From Neocallimastix sp. 'constans' (taxonomy: Eukaryota), in assembly GCA_050613775.1 (NCBI GenBank), contig JBODTK010000016.1, positions 1,426,001 through 1,490,000 on the forward strand: 64,000 nucleotides of DNA. The letters run 5' to 3'. Positions within the stretch are counted from its first letter, which is position 1. Every line of letters begins with the position of its first letter. Under the pieces are notes generated by a model that was not told the DNA's origin, did no database searches, and worked only from the letters and a program-made list of their open reading frames with translations. Positions 16,101 through 31,363 of the stretch are shown one piece after another. Made by a program: the position numbers and the translations under genes.

Positions 16101-18938
16101 TAAATTCAAATGAATGAATGAATAAATAAATAAATAAATAATACATACATACATACATACATACATACATACATTTATAAATTTTAATTAAAAGAATAAG
16201 TATATTTCTTTTATAATGAATGATATAGTAATATTTTTGAAATTTCAAATAATTATAAATTAAAAATAAAAAAATTTATTCATTCTTGTAAACTTTTAAA
16301 TAAATAACTAAATAAATAACTAAATAACTAACTACCTAACTAACTAACTAACTAAATAACTAAATAACTAAATAAATGAATAAATATATATATATATAAT
16401 TTTTTTTACTAATGCTTGTAAATATGAATATTATATTATTAATTTGCTATATATATTTTTTATTAAGGCAAATGAGTATTAAAAATTTCAAATACCTCTA
16501 GGAGTGATATAAAAACACTTTCATAACCACTAATTATTTTAATTAATTATTTGATTGAGTATTAAAAATTAATATATTATTTTTTTTAATTTTATATATA
16601 TATTATTATTTATTTTAATATGTATTAATTAAGATATATTTTTTATATATTATTACGTTATTTTTGCAAAACCAAAAAAAAAAAGTTTAAATATTATTAT
16701 ATAATGTAATTATAATTATAAAATTTAATTAAGTATAATTCAAAAGGTGGTACAACCCATAAATATATAAATAGTTATGTATATCACTCTTTTTAATGTA
16801 GTAGTATAATAACTAAAAATTAGACATATTTTTATACATCCTTTAATGTAATCGCCTAAATTTACCAGGCGATATATCCACATATCTTGCATGTCTTTTT
16901 CATTTCAATTTATATTAATATATATTCTAAATATTATTGGTAATATATGCATTATGCAAAAAAAGGATTTGTAAAGATATATAAATTAAAGTTTCTTTGT
17001 GTTTACTTATAATATATTGTATTATTATACAATTGAATGCTTTCAATTGAAAATGTGAAAGAAATTTTAGAAAAAATTTTTTATAATATAAATTTTTTTA
17101 TTAATAAACTTAATATATATTAATATAATATACTAATATATTAATATATTAAAACTTCTTTATATTAAAGTTATTTATAATCGTCCATTTCAACAGATAT
17201 TAATAATAAATATATAGATGAATTTGATGTTTTATATAATTAACTTCTATATATATTATAATATAATTTAATTATTTTAAATTTTTAATATCCGTTTTAA
17301 TCTATTATTTATTAAAGTTAGTAACTTTTTTTTTTTTTTTTTAATTAAACCATTAATATATTTATGTATGTATATAAAATGATAATGAGATGATATAGTA
17401 AGTATATAATCAAATATATTATAGAATAAAAAAAGTTATATATACTTCTATATTATAAAATTTTATGTAATTTTTTTAAAATTTACAGAAATTTTTTTCT
17501 AAATAGAATTCTTTTAATATTTTTAAAAAACAGAATATGACATTATATTAGTAATTAAATTGTATTTATTTAAATGTAAAATTAATATGCTAAATAAATA
17601 TTATTAATATATTATTGAATAACTATATTTTTTTTTAATATATTTATTAACTTTATTATTTTATTTGTGAATATAAAAAAGAATAACTTATTATGATTTA
17701 TAATATAATATATTATATATTATATAATCATATTTTTCATATTAAATTATTTATATTATTTATGTTTTTTATGCTTTTTTTTTTTTTTTTTTATTTATTT
17801 ATTATTATTTTTTAAAATTGTTAATAAATAAACCATTTTTAATTTTTCACTTTTTTTTTTTTTTATTACTTTAAAATTTACTAATTCTTTTTTATTTTAT
17901 TTTATTTTTTATTTTTTATTTTTTTTTTTTATTTCATTTATTTAAATATTTTATATTTTATTTATTTATTTATTTTTATTTTTTTTATTTTTATAATATT
18001 TTTATTTTACACTTTATTTATTTTGTATTAATATATATATATTTTTTTAAATTTTTTTATTGATTATTATTAATTGATTATTATTAAATATTCATACTAT
18101 TTTAATTATATATATTTTTTATTCATAAACACTCATTTATTTATTCATAATCTATTAAATTAATAATAATATATTAAAAAATAAATATATATAAGTATTT
18201 ATAAATTCTATTAAATCTTAATAGCTTTTTTTTAGTTTTAATATATTAATACTTTTCATATTATTTACAAATAATAGTTTTATACACTATTACAACAAAA
18301 CCAAAAAACGAAAACAATATTTAATATTTATCATTTTTCAGTGAATGAATTTTTGATTATAAAATTTATTGTTTTGAATTATAATATATTAATTATATTA
18401 AACATCATATAATTAACACTAGTATTTATTAAGAATATAATAAAAGTATTTTTTTTTTTATTTTTTTTTTATTTTGAAATATAAAAAAAATTTACTTTAT
18501 AATATTATTTAATAATTTAAATTTGTTTTTGAAAATCATTTATTTTTAAATTATTTAATAATTAATTTAATTTAATAATATATATTATTACATGATTTTA
18601 TAACATTTTAATATACAATATATAAAATATTATACTTTTGTAAATATTTAAAATAAAAAAAAAAAAAAATTGTTTTATTATTAATAATATATATATATAT
18701 TTAATATTATAAAATTTAATTATATCACATATACTTTTACTTTATTAATATAGTTTAAATATATATATTAAAATTTTTGAATTAACACTAAAAATAATAT
18801 CGAGTTAAAAAAATTTATTTTATCTATTGATATAAAACAATATATATATTTATGTAATATTAAAGCATTTTTTACTAATCATTATTTAAATAATAATTGA
18901 AAGATAAAATAATAAATATATCAATATTAAATAATATT

Positions 18939-20822
18939 ATGGCTACATTATTAACTTCAACAACAGTAATACCCAATAATTTATATCATAATTCCTTAAC
19001 AGATACTTCGTCATATTTAAATAAAAATAAATCATCAAATAATTATACTGAAAATACAAATTTATCAACAATATATCCTTCGAAATTGAAGGGTTCTTCT
19101 TTGGGAACAAATGAAGTAAACAAGAAAGAAAAGAATAGAAATTCTAATTTTGCAATAAATTCTACTTTACCTACTTCGAGTCATGCTCATTGCAGATCAT
19201 CTTCTATCAAATATATAGAAAAGCAAAAATATAATTTAAAAGTAACAAAAAATATGACAAAAGTTGATAAATCTAAATCCACATCAAATTCAAAAATTAG
19301 TGCAAATAATTCTCAATGTCAAACTAAAAAAGTTGATAGTAAACAGAGTAGTAATATTAATACGAAGAAACTAAATAATATTTCAAAAAAGATAATCAAT
19401 ACAAATATTAATAATTCAAATGCTACTTCCATTCAAAATAATAATCCAAAGATAAAATCAAAAACAAATATTAAAGTAACTGCAACTAAGGTATTAAATT
19501 TACCAAATATTAGTTCACAATCTCAAAATCCAAGGTTACAAGCAGGTAATGTTTCAAAGAAAATTATAAATATAAGAAATTCAAAGAAATCTGCTCCTCG
19601 ACCAACTATAACAAAATTAAAATTACCTACTTCAACTAAAGAAAATTCAAATTCATTATCTTTTTCAAATTTATCTATTAATAAAACTTATAGCAATACA
19701 CATAAAAGAGGTGGAAATAATTATTTAGATAAATATTTTATGAATTATTCTTATAATTCAGAATTTTCTAAAAAGTATAGAGTGAAAGAAGAAATGGGTA
19801 AAGGCGGTTTTGGTATTGTATTTGTAGCAGAAAGAATTTCTGATGGTATGGAAGTTGCAGTAAAATTTATTATTAAAGAAAAAGTGTCAGTTTCTGCATG
19901 GGTAAAAGATCCTGACCTTGGTGTTATTCCAAGAGAATGCTATCTTTTGAAGCATGTTAATCATCCATGTATTATTAAGTATTTAGATTGTTATAGTGAT
20001 AGAAAATACTTTTATTTAGTAACAGAACTTCATGGATCTCCATGGTCAAAAGAAAATATTAGAAATTATCAAAATGAAAATGACCCAACAAATAAAATTT
20101 ATACTTCCTTTATTAATGCTGGTGCATTAAAAACAAATAATAAGTTTCACATTGGTAAGGCTAGACCTTCAATGGATCTTTATGAATGTATTGATTCATA
20201 TTATGAATGTTTTGATGAGCCACAAGCCCGCTATATTTTTGTACAACTTTTATCAGCTATTAAATATTTAAATTCCTTAAATATTATTCATCGCGATATT
20301 AAAGATGAAAATAGTAAATATATATATTTTTATTTAAATTATAATTCATTTATACCTTTTATTTTTTTTTTTTTTTTTTTTTTTTATTAAAAGTAATATC
20401 ATTTAATAAATTATTATAATTATTAATATTGTTTTATAGTTTTAATAGATAAAGATTTAAATATTAAACTTATTGATTTTGGAGCTGCTATTCAGATAAA
20501 TGGTGGAAGAGTTTATGATAAATTTGTTGGTACTTATCCATATATAGCTCCAGAAATTATGAATGGACAAGAATATGGATCCATAAGTCAAGATATTTAT
20601 TCTCTAGGTGTTTTACTTCATTTATTAATATATGGTGGTTTACCGGATGGAAATTTAAATGAAAGCAATACAATACTTTTACCTCAATGTACCATTAAAG
20701 GAAGTAATTGTTCTGAAGAGGTTAGAGATTTAATTTGTTGGATGTTACAGAAATCACCATCTTTAAGACCAACCTTAGATGAAATATTTAATCATGATTG
20801 GATTAAAAAAAGCTCAAATTAA
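18939..20822 (+). CDS. Ser/Thr protein kinase, PIM/PASK-like (CAMK group), 2 exons, ~585 aa, long N/S/K-rich N-terminus
   Basis: Exons 18939-20313 and 20440-20822 with a phase-1 GT-AG intron. Motifs GKGGFG, VAVKFIIK, HRDIKDENIL (DEN signature of PIM/PASK), LIDFGAA, GTYPYIAPE, DIYSLG, RPT. First ATG is at 18939; the ORF track starts at an upstream TTG. Confidence 0.9.
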
Positions 20823-20854
20823 TTTTTTTTTATTTTTAAGTTTATTTAATATTT

Positions 20855-20892
<38 letters not shown>

Positions 20893-20956
20893 AAATTAGA
20901 AAAGAAAAATTAATGAAATAAAAAGAATAAATTAATTCTAAAATAAAATCAAAAAA

Positions 20957-20993
<37 letters not shown>

Positions 20994-21261
20994 GAAAAAA
21001 ATAATAATACTAATAATAATTAAATAATAAAATAATAGAAGAATCATTAATTATGTTTAAAACAACAATATAAAACAAATACAGCGACATAGAAATATTA
21101 CAAATTTAGTATATCAAAAATAAAATTAAAAATATCAATTAATTAAATTTGGTATATTAATTTTATTACTGTAATTATAATTTATTTTAATTTAAGATCA
21201 AAATTATTAATATTTACTAATTTTCATAAAAGATAATATTTATTAAAGAAAACAACAACAA

Positions 21262-21314
<53 letters not shown>

Positions 21315-22050
21315 AGAAATATCAAAGACATAAAATTAAAGTTAAAAAATATAGCATAGAAATATTTTTATTATTAAATTTATTGAATATAATGAGAACT
21401 TAACGAGATTTCATTTTATTACAATAATTATAAATAAAAGAAAATATACCATAAAAATAGAGAAGAAAGTTTAGTGGAATATTAATATCATTAACTTTAA
21501 ATATTTGTCTTTAATATTATCAATAGATTTCTATTTCTATTTATTTATTTTATTTTATTATTATTATTTTTTTAACACATGAACAATGGATTTGATTATT
21601 TAATATATATATATTTACCATTCCTTTATATATACATTTATTTATTAGTAATTAAAAAAAAAAAAAAAAGTTAAATAATTATTAATAAAATTATAATATG
21701 TATAGAAAATGGAAAGAAATAAATAGAAAAATAATAATAGAATTTATATTTATACTTAATATATAAGATTAAATATTACCATCAACTAAATAATTAAATC
21801 AACCATTCAAATATTGAATTACTATTTAAAAGTATTATCTATTATTATAATTATCAAAAGAAAAATAACTTTATTATTTAAACTATCTTAAATGCATATT
21901 TCATAATTTTTTTTTTAACACTTAAAAATTTATATTAAGCTATATCAAAACAATTTAAAATAATTATTTTAACCATTAAAATTGATAAAATACATAAATA
22001 AAAAGCAATTAAATAAACACTTAAACACTCAAATAAATAAGCAAATAAGC

Positions 22051-22104
<54 letters not shown>

Positions 22105-22276
22105 GATAAAAACAGTAAATATCTTTTTTATAAAAAAGATTATTATTGTTTTTTCTTTTATATTAATGTATTTTATTTTATTTTATTTTATTTTTTTCTT
22201 ATTCTTTCTTAATATATATATATATATATAAATTAGTTTATTAAGTTTATTAATATAATTAATATAATATATTCTT

Positions 22277-22325
<49 letters not shown>

Positions 22326-22431
22326 TTTTATATTTTTATTTTAAAGTATTAAATTATATGCTGGATTATGATTTAATTAGTTTAAGAACCATTTTAAATA
22401 AAATATACATTCAAAAAAATAAAAATAAAAA

Positions 22432-22474
<43 letters not shown>

Positions 22475-22743
22475 TTTTTTAATTTTCATTGATAATAATA
22501 TAATTTCATTTAAATAAGAAAATTATTTATTTATAAGATTTATTAATTAACAAAATTAATAATAATAATAATTAATATTCTTTAAAAAAAAAAAAATATT
22601 TTAATTGGAGAAACAGTAAAATAATGATCTTTTTAAATTAATATTTAAAATAGTATAATTAAATCTTTAGGTTAATAATAGAAGTTTTCTGACTATCGTT
22701 TTATTTTATTTCATTTTATTTTATTTTATTTTTTATTTTTTTT

Positions 22744-22928
22744 AGAAAAAATATATGAATTAATTAAAGAATGTCATATGTAATAAATAACGGAATTATT
22801 TATATTGTGTCTATGAATTTTATATTTTATTTTTTTTTTTTATTTTTTTTTTGAAAAAATATATGAATTAATTAAAGAATGTCATATGTAATAAATAACG
22901 GAATTATTTATATTATGTGTATGAATTC
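22744..22928. repeat. Local direct duplication (~75 bp)
   Basis: GAAAAAATATATGAATTAATTAAAGAATGTCATATGTAATAAATAACGGAATTATTTATATT occurs at ~22745 and ~22853. Confidence 0.8.
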
Positions 22929-23198
22929 CAATTAGAAGTGTAATTTTTATAATTTTTGAAAGCTCTGTTATTTTCATAAATATTCTTAAAAATTTATTAA
23001 CCATTAACAACTGAATAAAACATAAATTAAGATATGAATTATTATTATTATTATTATTTTTTTTTTTTTGTATAAAATTTTCAATGTGTTTATTTTTTTA
23101 TTAAAAATATTGTTATTACACATAAATTTTATATTCCTTTGTAATTATTTATTAATAATATATTTTTTTTAATAGTATTGATATTTTTTTTAATAGTA

Positions 23199-23235
<37 letters not shown>

Positions 23236-23239
<4 letters not shown>

Positions 23240-24600
23240 TAAAACTGACAACAATACTTATCTTAGTATTCCTTTTGATGAATCATTATCATTGAAACCT
23301 ATACAATCCAAATTAAACAGTAATTTAAATGTCAAGTTAAATTCGTACTTCCGATTTCTTATTAATAAATCTATTCCTCTCCCATTGAAGAAATATGCTT
23401 TAATTTCCTTTATTCTTAGTCTTGTTTTATATTATGCTCCTCTATTTGGTTCAAATAAGAGCAGATGCTCTAAAGCTCAAAAAATTATTAACAGAGGGCT
23501 TTATTGGAGTTATGGATTTCACTCTCGTAATTCTTATGTTAGTTTCTATGATATTACTCATGAATTAAGAATACCTCCTCTTTCAGCTATCTGTGCTATA
23601 TAATTACGCTGCTTTAGAAAATGGAAAAACTCATCATGTATTATTAATCATCATACTAATAATATTCCTACTATGTCACATTACTCATGGACTAAAGAAA
23701 TCAAAGGACTTTGGATAAGAAATTAAATGGTAAAAAAAAAAAAATAAAATAAGTGAAATAAAAAAAGTTTTATTGGGAAAGAGATGTCTTCAAAAGCTAA
23801 AAAAGCAATTATTTACAAGGAGAATGATTTTGGATTTATTTCAGAAATCAAAGACTTAACATTTCAATATTTCAATATCCTAAATATCAATTAGGATTCT
23901 TTTGGATTACTCGAATTAGATGTGATTTTAAATTTGACATTAATATTTCCATTAAAAAAGAAAAATAGTCTTAGAAGATTGCCCTAAATGTTACCCATGT
24001 TGTGGTGTTAGTGTAACTAGCTTTTCTCACTGGATCTTTTTCTGTATAGAATTGGAAAATTAAAGAAATAAATTTTTATACCTTTTCTAGATGATCTCTT
24101 TTTAAAATTTGCAATGATAATTGAACAAAAAATCTTTGGATGTTACTTTAGATTCAGAAAAGGATTATGATAATAATATTTATTATTTTATATTGAATGC
24201 TCTTCTTGGCGGGCGTTCAATATATGAAAAAGTTAAAACTTAATGATGGGGAATAAAGACAATTAGTTGACAATATTTTTAAACAAAGTTCAACTTTCGT
24301 CGACTGTTTCGTATTTTTGTGGGGATTGCGCAGTTTCTAATAAACGTAATACCATAAATATTTAATTTGTCGATCTTTTAGATTGATAATGAAATAGTAT
24401 TCCGTTGAATCTATTGAATCTACCGTTGCTAAGGAGCGTCGACGTCGAAATAATAAAGGCATGGATTTTCACCTCCCTGGTGAAAGATTTGATACAGATT
24501 CGATTGATTAACACTAATACTGAAATTATTACTCGCAATAATGGACGCGATGTTATCATCGATGAATGAGAAAAGTTAGAAACTATTGTTTCTAATGCAC
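23236..24600 (+). mobile_element. Decayed 5'-truncated LINE retrotransposon, copy C (same family as A and B)
   Basis: Begins PKTDNNTYLSIPFDESLSL (homologous to YLGVPF), followed by a post-RT region (LYYAPLFGSNK; copy A has APFLDSNK). A zinc knuckle CPKCYPCCG...SHWIFFC lies at ~23980-24045. The segment around CGACGTCG (~24440) matches copy A at ~4163. Confidence 0.85.
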
Positions 24601-25031
24601 TTTTATAATTATATAATATATAGTATTTCATTTCATGTATTTTATTTTATTTTATTTTTTTTTTCATTAAAATCATGTAATTTTATTATTATAATAAATT
24701 AAGTAAAGTTTTCTCTAAGTCTAGAAAAAGAAAAAACAAAATTTTTTTATTATATAAATTTTTCTGTGAGTTTAATTTTTTATTAAAATTATTGTTATAA
24801 ATTTTATATTCTAATATTTCGTTATTTATATTTCTTAATAAAAATAAATTACTATCATTATATAAATATAAATAATTAATCGTAATTTATATTATTTAAA
24901 CTATATTTTCCAAAAAATTCTAAAAGCAATAATACAATTTTTTTTTTTTTTTTATTATTTATATTATATTCAATTCTATTAATGAATACCTCTGTAATTA
25001 TTTATTAATAATTTTATTTTATTTTATTTTT

Positions 25032-25068
<37 letters not shown>

Positions 25069-25171
25069 TTTTTACATTGTGTATTATTAACAGAAAATTA
25101 TTATTTATGTCATTTTAATATTTTAAAATTATTATTATTTTTATTACTATTACTATTACTATTACTATTAC

Positions 25172-25202
<31 letters not shown>

Positions 25203-25958
25203 TACTTAACTATACTTATCGAAACTTTATTGGATTTTATTTATTTTGCAAAGCAAGATTAATTTAAAAATTTTAATAGTTTTAACTAGAAAAAAAAATT
25301 TATATTTATTAAAAAAAAAAAAAAAATAATTTTTTTAATAAATTTTTTTTTTTATTCAAATTAAAGTAATCTTTTTTAGTTGAATTAGTTGAATATAAAT
25401 TAATATTAATAATGTTATTTATAAACTAATATATATAAATAAAATTTATTATATATAATAAATTTTATTTAATATTATTATGAGATTAAAAATTAATATT
25501 AACAAGAAATATTTTAATTAATGATTTTATGCATTAATAATTTTTTTTTTTTTTCTTATTTTTTTTTGAAATATTTATGGTAAAAAGAACTATATATATA
25601 TTATTATTTATTGATAATTGTGTTTTAAATATAATAAGAAGAATTAATATCAGTTAAAAGTGCTTTTAAATTATATTTTATTATTATATTATATATATAT
25701 ATATTTTATTTAATAATTAATTTTTCATATACCTTGATATATTAAAATATATATATGTTTAAAAATAAATTTTTAATTTGTCATCAAGAAATTCAATTCT
25801 AAAATTCATCAAATCTTCATATAAATATATATAATAAATATATATTATTCACTAATATATATTATATTTAAAGAATTATTAATAGTTTTTTTGTTAATTA
25901 AAAAAGTGATAAAGAAAATAAAATATATTTTTTTATTAATATAATATTTTTATTTATC

Positions 25959-25989
<31 letters not shown>

Positions 25990-26090
25990 GATAAAATTTC
26001 TTATAAAAAATCTATAAATATTTAAAAATCATAATTATATAAATATAGTCATTTAATTATTTATTATTTTAATTAAATTATTTGAACATA

Positions 26091-27629
26091 ATGACTCGTG
26101 AAACTAATCTTTATTCACCATCAGCATATGTTAATCCAGATCTTGTTGAGGAATTAGTATCAGAATCAGAATCAGAATATCAACAAACAAAATTAACTAA
26201 ATATCAAATTGGTAATATTAATTATAATGTAAACATTAGAAGAAGAACTCGTCATGCTTATTAGTAAGTAATTCATATATATTTATAAAAATCTAATATA
26301 TTTTTTTTTTCAATATTTTTTTTTTTTAAATTAAATTCTACATTTTTATTAAAATATAATATAATTTAATGATAAAAATATATATATATATTTTTTCTTT
26401 TATGCTTATTGCATATTATTATTATTATTATTATTATTTTTTTTTTTTGAATACAAATATTTAAATATATAAATATATAAATAATTTAAATATATACATA
26501 CTTTACTATATATATAGTGATAAAAAACAATTAAAAAAAGCAGCTGAAATTCCAGTACATCTTGTTCCAATAAATTTGAATTTTGAAGTGGATGGTGTTA
26601 AATTAGTAGATTTCTTTACATGGAATATCAATGGTAATAAAAAAATTTTATACTTAATATAAATATTAATAAAATTATAAATATATAATTTAGTGTGTTA
26701 TAAAATTAATATAATAATTATTAATTATATTATTTTGTATATACATATGTATTAATTATAATTTTTAATTAAACATTGTTTATAAATCATTATTAAATTA
26801 TATATGTGTCTATTTGTTGGTGGTATGAAAATATAAAAATAAATTCATACATATTAAAATATTAAAAATATTTTATAAATGTAATTGTTGACTTATATTT
26901 TGAAGAATCATTAATGACTCCAGAAAAATTTGCCCAGATTTTAGCAGATGATTTAGACACTCCGGTAGCTCACCAATTTGTTCAACAAATTGCAGATCAA
27001 ATAAGAAAGCAATGTTCAAATTATATAGCAGCACTGGAAAATGATACTGATAATGATGATAATGAATATGATAAAGATAATGATTTAAGAATTGTTATTA
27101 AGTTAGATATTAATGTAGGCACTATTAATTTAAAGGATCAATTTGAATGGCCATTATATTCTTCTATATCTAATTCTGTAGCTCCAGAGGAATTTGCAAA
27201 GAAATTAGCTTCAGAATTAGGTCTTGGTGGTGAATTTGCTAATGCTATTGCATACAATATTAGAGAACAAATTTATACTGCCAGATTAAATGTTGATGAT
27301 ACCAATTTTGCTATGAGTTTTGATAGACATAAGATACCACCATTTAGATCAAAGGATGAAGAATTTGATGATTGGTATCCATCTATAAAGGAAATGACAG
27401 AAGAAGAAATAGAGAGAAAACATAAGGAACAGGAAAGAAATATAAGGTAATAATAATATATATTTTTTATTATTTAATAAATAAATTATAGTAATGATTT
27501 AATAATAATAATAATAATATATTCTAATTAAAATATATATATTTGATTATTAATGATAAATTATTTATTTATTTATTTATTTTATTTTTGTAAATATAAA
27601 TTAATAAATTAATTAATTATTTATTTATG

Positions 27630-27663
<34 letters not shown>

Positions 27664-28304
27664 TTTTTTATTTTTTATTTTTTATTTTTTATTTTTATTT
27701 TATTTCATTTTATTTTATTTTTTATTTTTTGATGTTTTTAGACGTATGAGACGTTCAACAAAATTAGCTCAAAGACTTTTATCAAATACTAATCCTTCAT
27801 CACCTCATTCAGTTGGTCAAAAGCGTTCAGCTGAAACTCCATTGACTACTTATGAAATATACCAAAGACAAAAGAGACATAATACTGGTATGGAAGATGT
27901 TGAAATATCAAAAGATATTTCTACTGAAAAATTAAGTACTGAAACTAGTGGATCTGCTATATACAATAGCTATCTTAAATCTGAATTATCACCTTCAGTA
28001 TCTACTTTGTATGATAGTGATAGTAAACAGGATATGTCTTCAACATCTGTAAATGTACCTCCAGTTCCTAAAATACATCGTGGATTTGGTGCTAGTGGTC
28101 ACATATTTAATAAAGATTTAAAGGCTAATGTTAATGGTAATTTAAATAAATAAAAAATAAAAATTTTACAAAAAAAAAAAAAAAAAAAAAAAAAGAAAAA
28201 GAAGTAAAAAAAAAAAGTAAAAAAAAAAAAAAAAGAGAATAATTATTATTTATATAGAATCAAAAATTAATATTTTTATTAGTTATTAACAGTTTTAATT
28301 ATTT

Positions 28305-28342
<38 letters not shown>

Positions 28343-28434
28343 TTAGAATTCAAGAAGAATTGGAAATGTAGCTGGTGTAGTTTAAGTGGATTATATACAC
28401 CTACATTAAGAAAAGGACCATTGGGCAATAGGGT

Positions 28435-28473
<39 letters not shown>

Positions 28474-28709
28474 ATATATATATGGAATAAGAGTAATAAA
28501 TAAAGTTTTTAAAAATATTTCTAATTCATTATTTTTTTTTCTAATAGACATTGTGTAATGCATGTGGTTTATGGTATGCTAAACATAAAACTTTACCACA
28601 AGATAGGTAAAATATTTAATATAATAATATAATTTAATATATATATATATATATAAACAAAAACAAACAAACAAACAAACAAAAAAAAAAAAAAAACTGA
28701 CTTTGTTTA

Positions 28710-28746
<37 letters not shown>

Positions 28747-28792
28747 CATAATAATTATTAGATATCATGAACATGAACCTGAAAGTCAATAA
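26091..28792 (+). CDS. SFH1: SNF5/SMARCB1-family chromatin-remodelling subunit (SFH1-like) with C-terminal GATA zinc finger, 7 exons, ~466 aa
   Basis: Exons 26091-26263, 26518-26633, 26906-27446, 27742-28136, 28347-28432, 28548-28606, 28762-28792; GT-AG and phase-consistent. SNF5 repeats LVPINL...DFFTWNINESLMTPEKFA and IKLDINVG..LKDQFEW...PEEFAKKLASELGLGGEF; coiled tail EQERNIRRMRR; finger CSWC-X20-CNACGLWY. SFH1 versus SNF5 is inferred from the GATA fusion, and an extra 5' exon cannot be excluded. Confidence 0.88.
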
Positions 28793-30016
28793 TTATTTAA
28801 AGAGTTACTATATTACCATTAGTGGTGATTTAAATTTTTTTTTTTTTTTATATTTTTTATATAGTCTCTGTAGAAAAATATATATATTTCTTTATAATTT
28901 TTTTTTTATATTATATCCAAAATATATATATTGCAATTATATAAAGATATAAAAATATAAAAATATGAATTATTTTTGAATATTATTTTTAATTATATAT
29001 ATATTTTAATTATAAATTATGCTTTTATTTTAATTTGTAATTATTAGAAATATATAATATATAATACATATATAATAATAAATTCCATTTAATAAATTAA
29101 ATTATGACATTATATTAATATAGATTGTTAATATATTAATTTCTTATATACTAAATTGGAATAGAATATTTAATTTTTTTTTTATCGTCTTTTCTTTCAC
29201 AATAGTTAAATAAATTTGATTTAATAAATTAATTTAGGTATAAAAATAAATTATATTCATTTATTACTGTTAATAATTATAATAATCATTTTATGATTTA
29301 AATTACTTGAAAGAGAATGTTAATAATGAAATATAATACAATATAATATAATGTAATAAAATAGAATAACAAACAAACAAGTAAACAAACAAACAGATTT
29401 CATATATTTTTTTAGCACCAATATAATTTTTTAATTTATTTGTTGATCATTTATTATTTGAATATCCTATTTATAACTAACTAACTAACAAACTAACTAA
29501 CTAAATAAATAAATAAAATAATAATACCAATATCAATAATGAAAAAAAGGAATATAAACTATAATGTGGAAGAATTATAAATTTAATTTAACAATTAATT
29601 AATTAATAAATTATTTATATATTATTTATTTATTTATTATTACTATTATTATTATTTAATTTATTAATGTTTTATAAAAAAAAAATATATATATATATTA
29701 TTATTATTATTATTATTATGAAATAATATAAATAATAACCTTAAATTATATATCTAGTGTCATATTTTAAATATATCGTTGATTATATTTTATTATTATT
29801 ATTAATATTATTATTATTATTTTTATTATTAATTTTTTTTTTCTTTTGATAATATTAATATTATTTTTATTATTAATAAACAGTAATTTTATATAATTCA
29901 GTGATAAGTTATATTATAATGATTTAACATAGTATGTTAAATACAAAAGAATATTACTCTTGTAATCAAATTTTTATTCATTTATTAGTGTATTTTTTTT
30001 TTTTTTTTTTAATTTA

Positions 30017-31302
30017 TTATTTAAATTTTCTATTATGTCTTTGACACACCCATCTAACTTTATTATCATTAGTTCTTCTTTTATCAAGACCTCCAAACAT
30101 ATTTGAATAATCATAACGTTTTAAGAATGTCTGTAATTCTGCTCTGGATACCTCAATAAACGATTCTAAAGCTTCTAAATTTTTAGTTTCATCTTTATAT
30201 AATAATCTTTCTTCTTTTAATACTTTTTGAATTTCATGTGCTACGGAAATGAAATAATCGGTAGGTTTTGTGTTTCCTAATGCTTTAGTGACTTCTCTTG
30301 GGAAATTTTCACCGCAGGATTCCATAAATGTATCAATACTATAGAGTAGGAAAGGTCCGAATAAACTAATTAATTTATATGGATCACGAATAGAATAACC
30401 GGTTGTTTCAAGTAAGTGGGTCTCATTTTCTACATTTTCTTCTATTCCTCCTGTACTTTCACATAATAGGTTGAGAGTGAAGACACTTTTATTCCAATTT
30501 TCAAATTTAATCCAATAATCTGATTTATTACCATTTGGACATTTTGTTGGATCTGGTAATATAATAAACATTCTTGGTGTCTTTGATTTATCTACTCCTA
30601 AAAGTTTAGTACCTAATAATGATGTATTATTTAAGAATTCAAAAGCTTGTCGACAATTACCGTCTACTAAAAGATCATCAATTCTATCTAAAAGAGAAGT
30701 TTGTTCCTCAGCTTTTACATCTTCTTTATCATCTTCTTTATTTTCATCTTCTTTACTTTCATCTTTTTCATTTTTTTTATTCTTATTTTTGTTCTCTTTA
30801 TCTTTATTCTTTTTTTCTGTTTCTGCTTCTTCTTTTTCTTTCTTCTTTCTTTCCATTTTTAATTCATTAAGTTTTTTCTTTTTTTCTTCAAGTTCTTTTT
30901 CTAATTTTTCAATTTCTTCCTTTAATTTCTTTTCTTCTTCACTTTCATTTTCATCATTATCTCCGGAACTTATTATATCTAGACTTCTACTAAACCATGA
31001 TCTTCTTTTCTTTAATTGATGTGATTCATCTATCGGAACATCTATTAACTCTAAATTAAATGTATTGGTTCCTATATCATAAATTTCATCACAACACTTT
31101 TTTTTTTTTTTTTTTTTTAAATGAGATATTTAATAAAATATTTTAATTAGTATCAATTTCATTTCATTAATAATATTTTCTTTTCTTTTTTTTTTTTTTT
31201 TTAATAATATTTTTAATAATAATGATAATGATAGTATATTAACTTTTTTCTATTTATTAATAATTTATTGAAAATTTATTTGTACTTATAATTTAATAAT
31301 AA

Positions 31303-31363
<61 letters not shown>

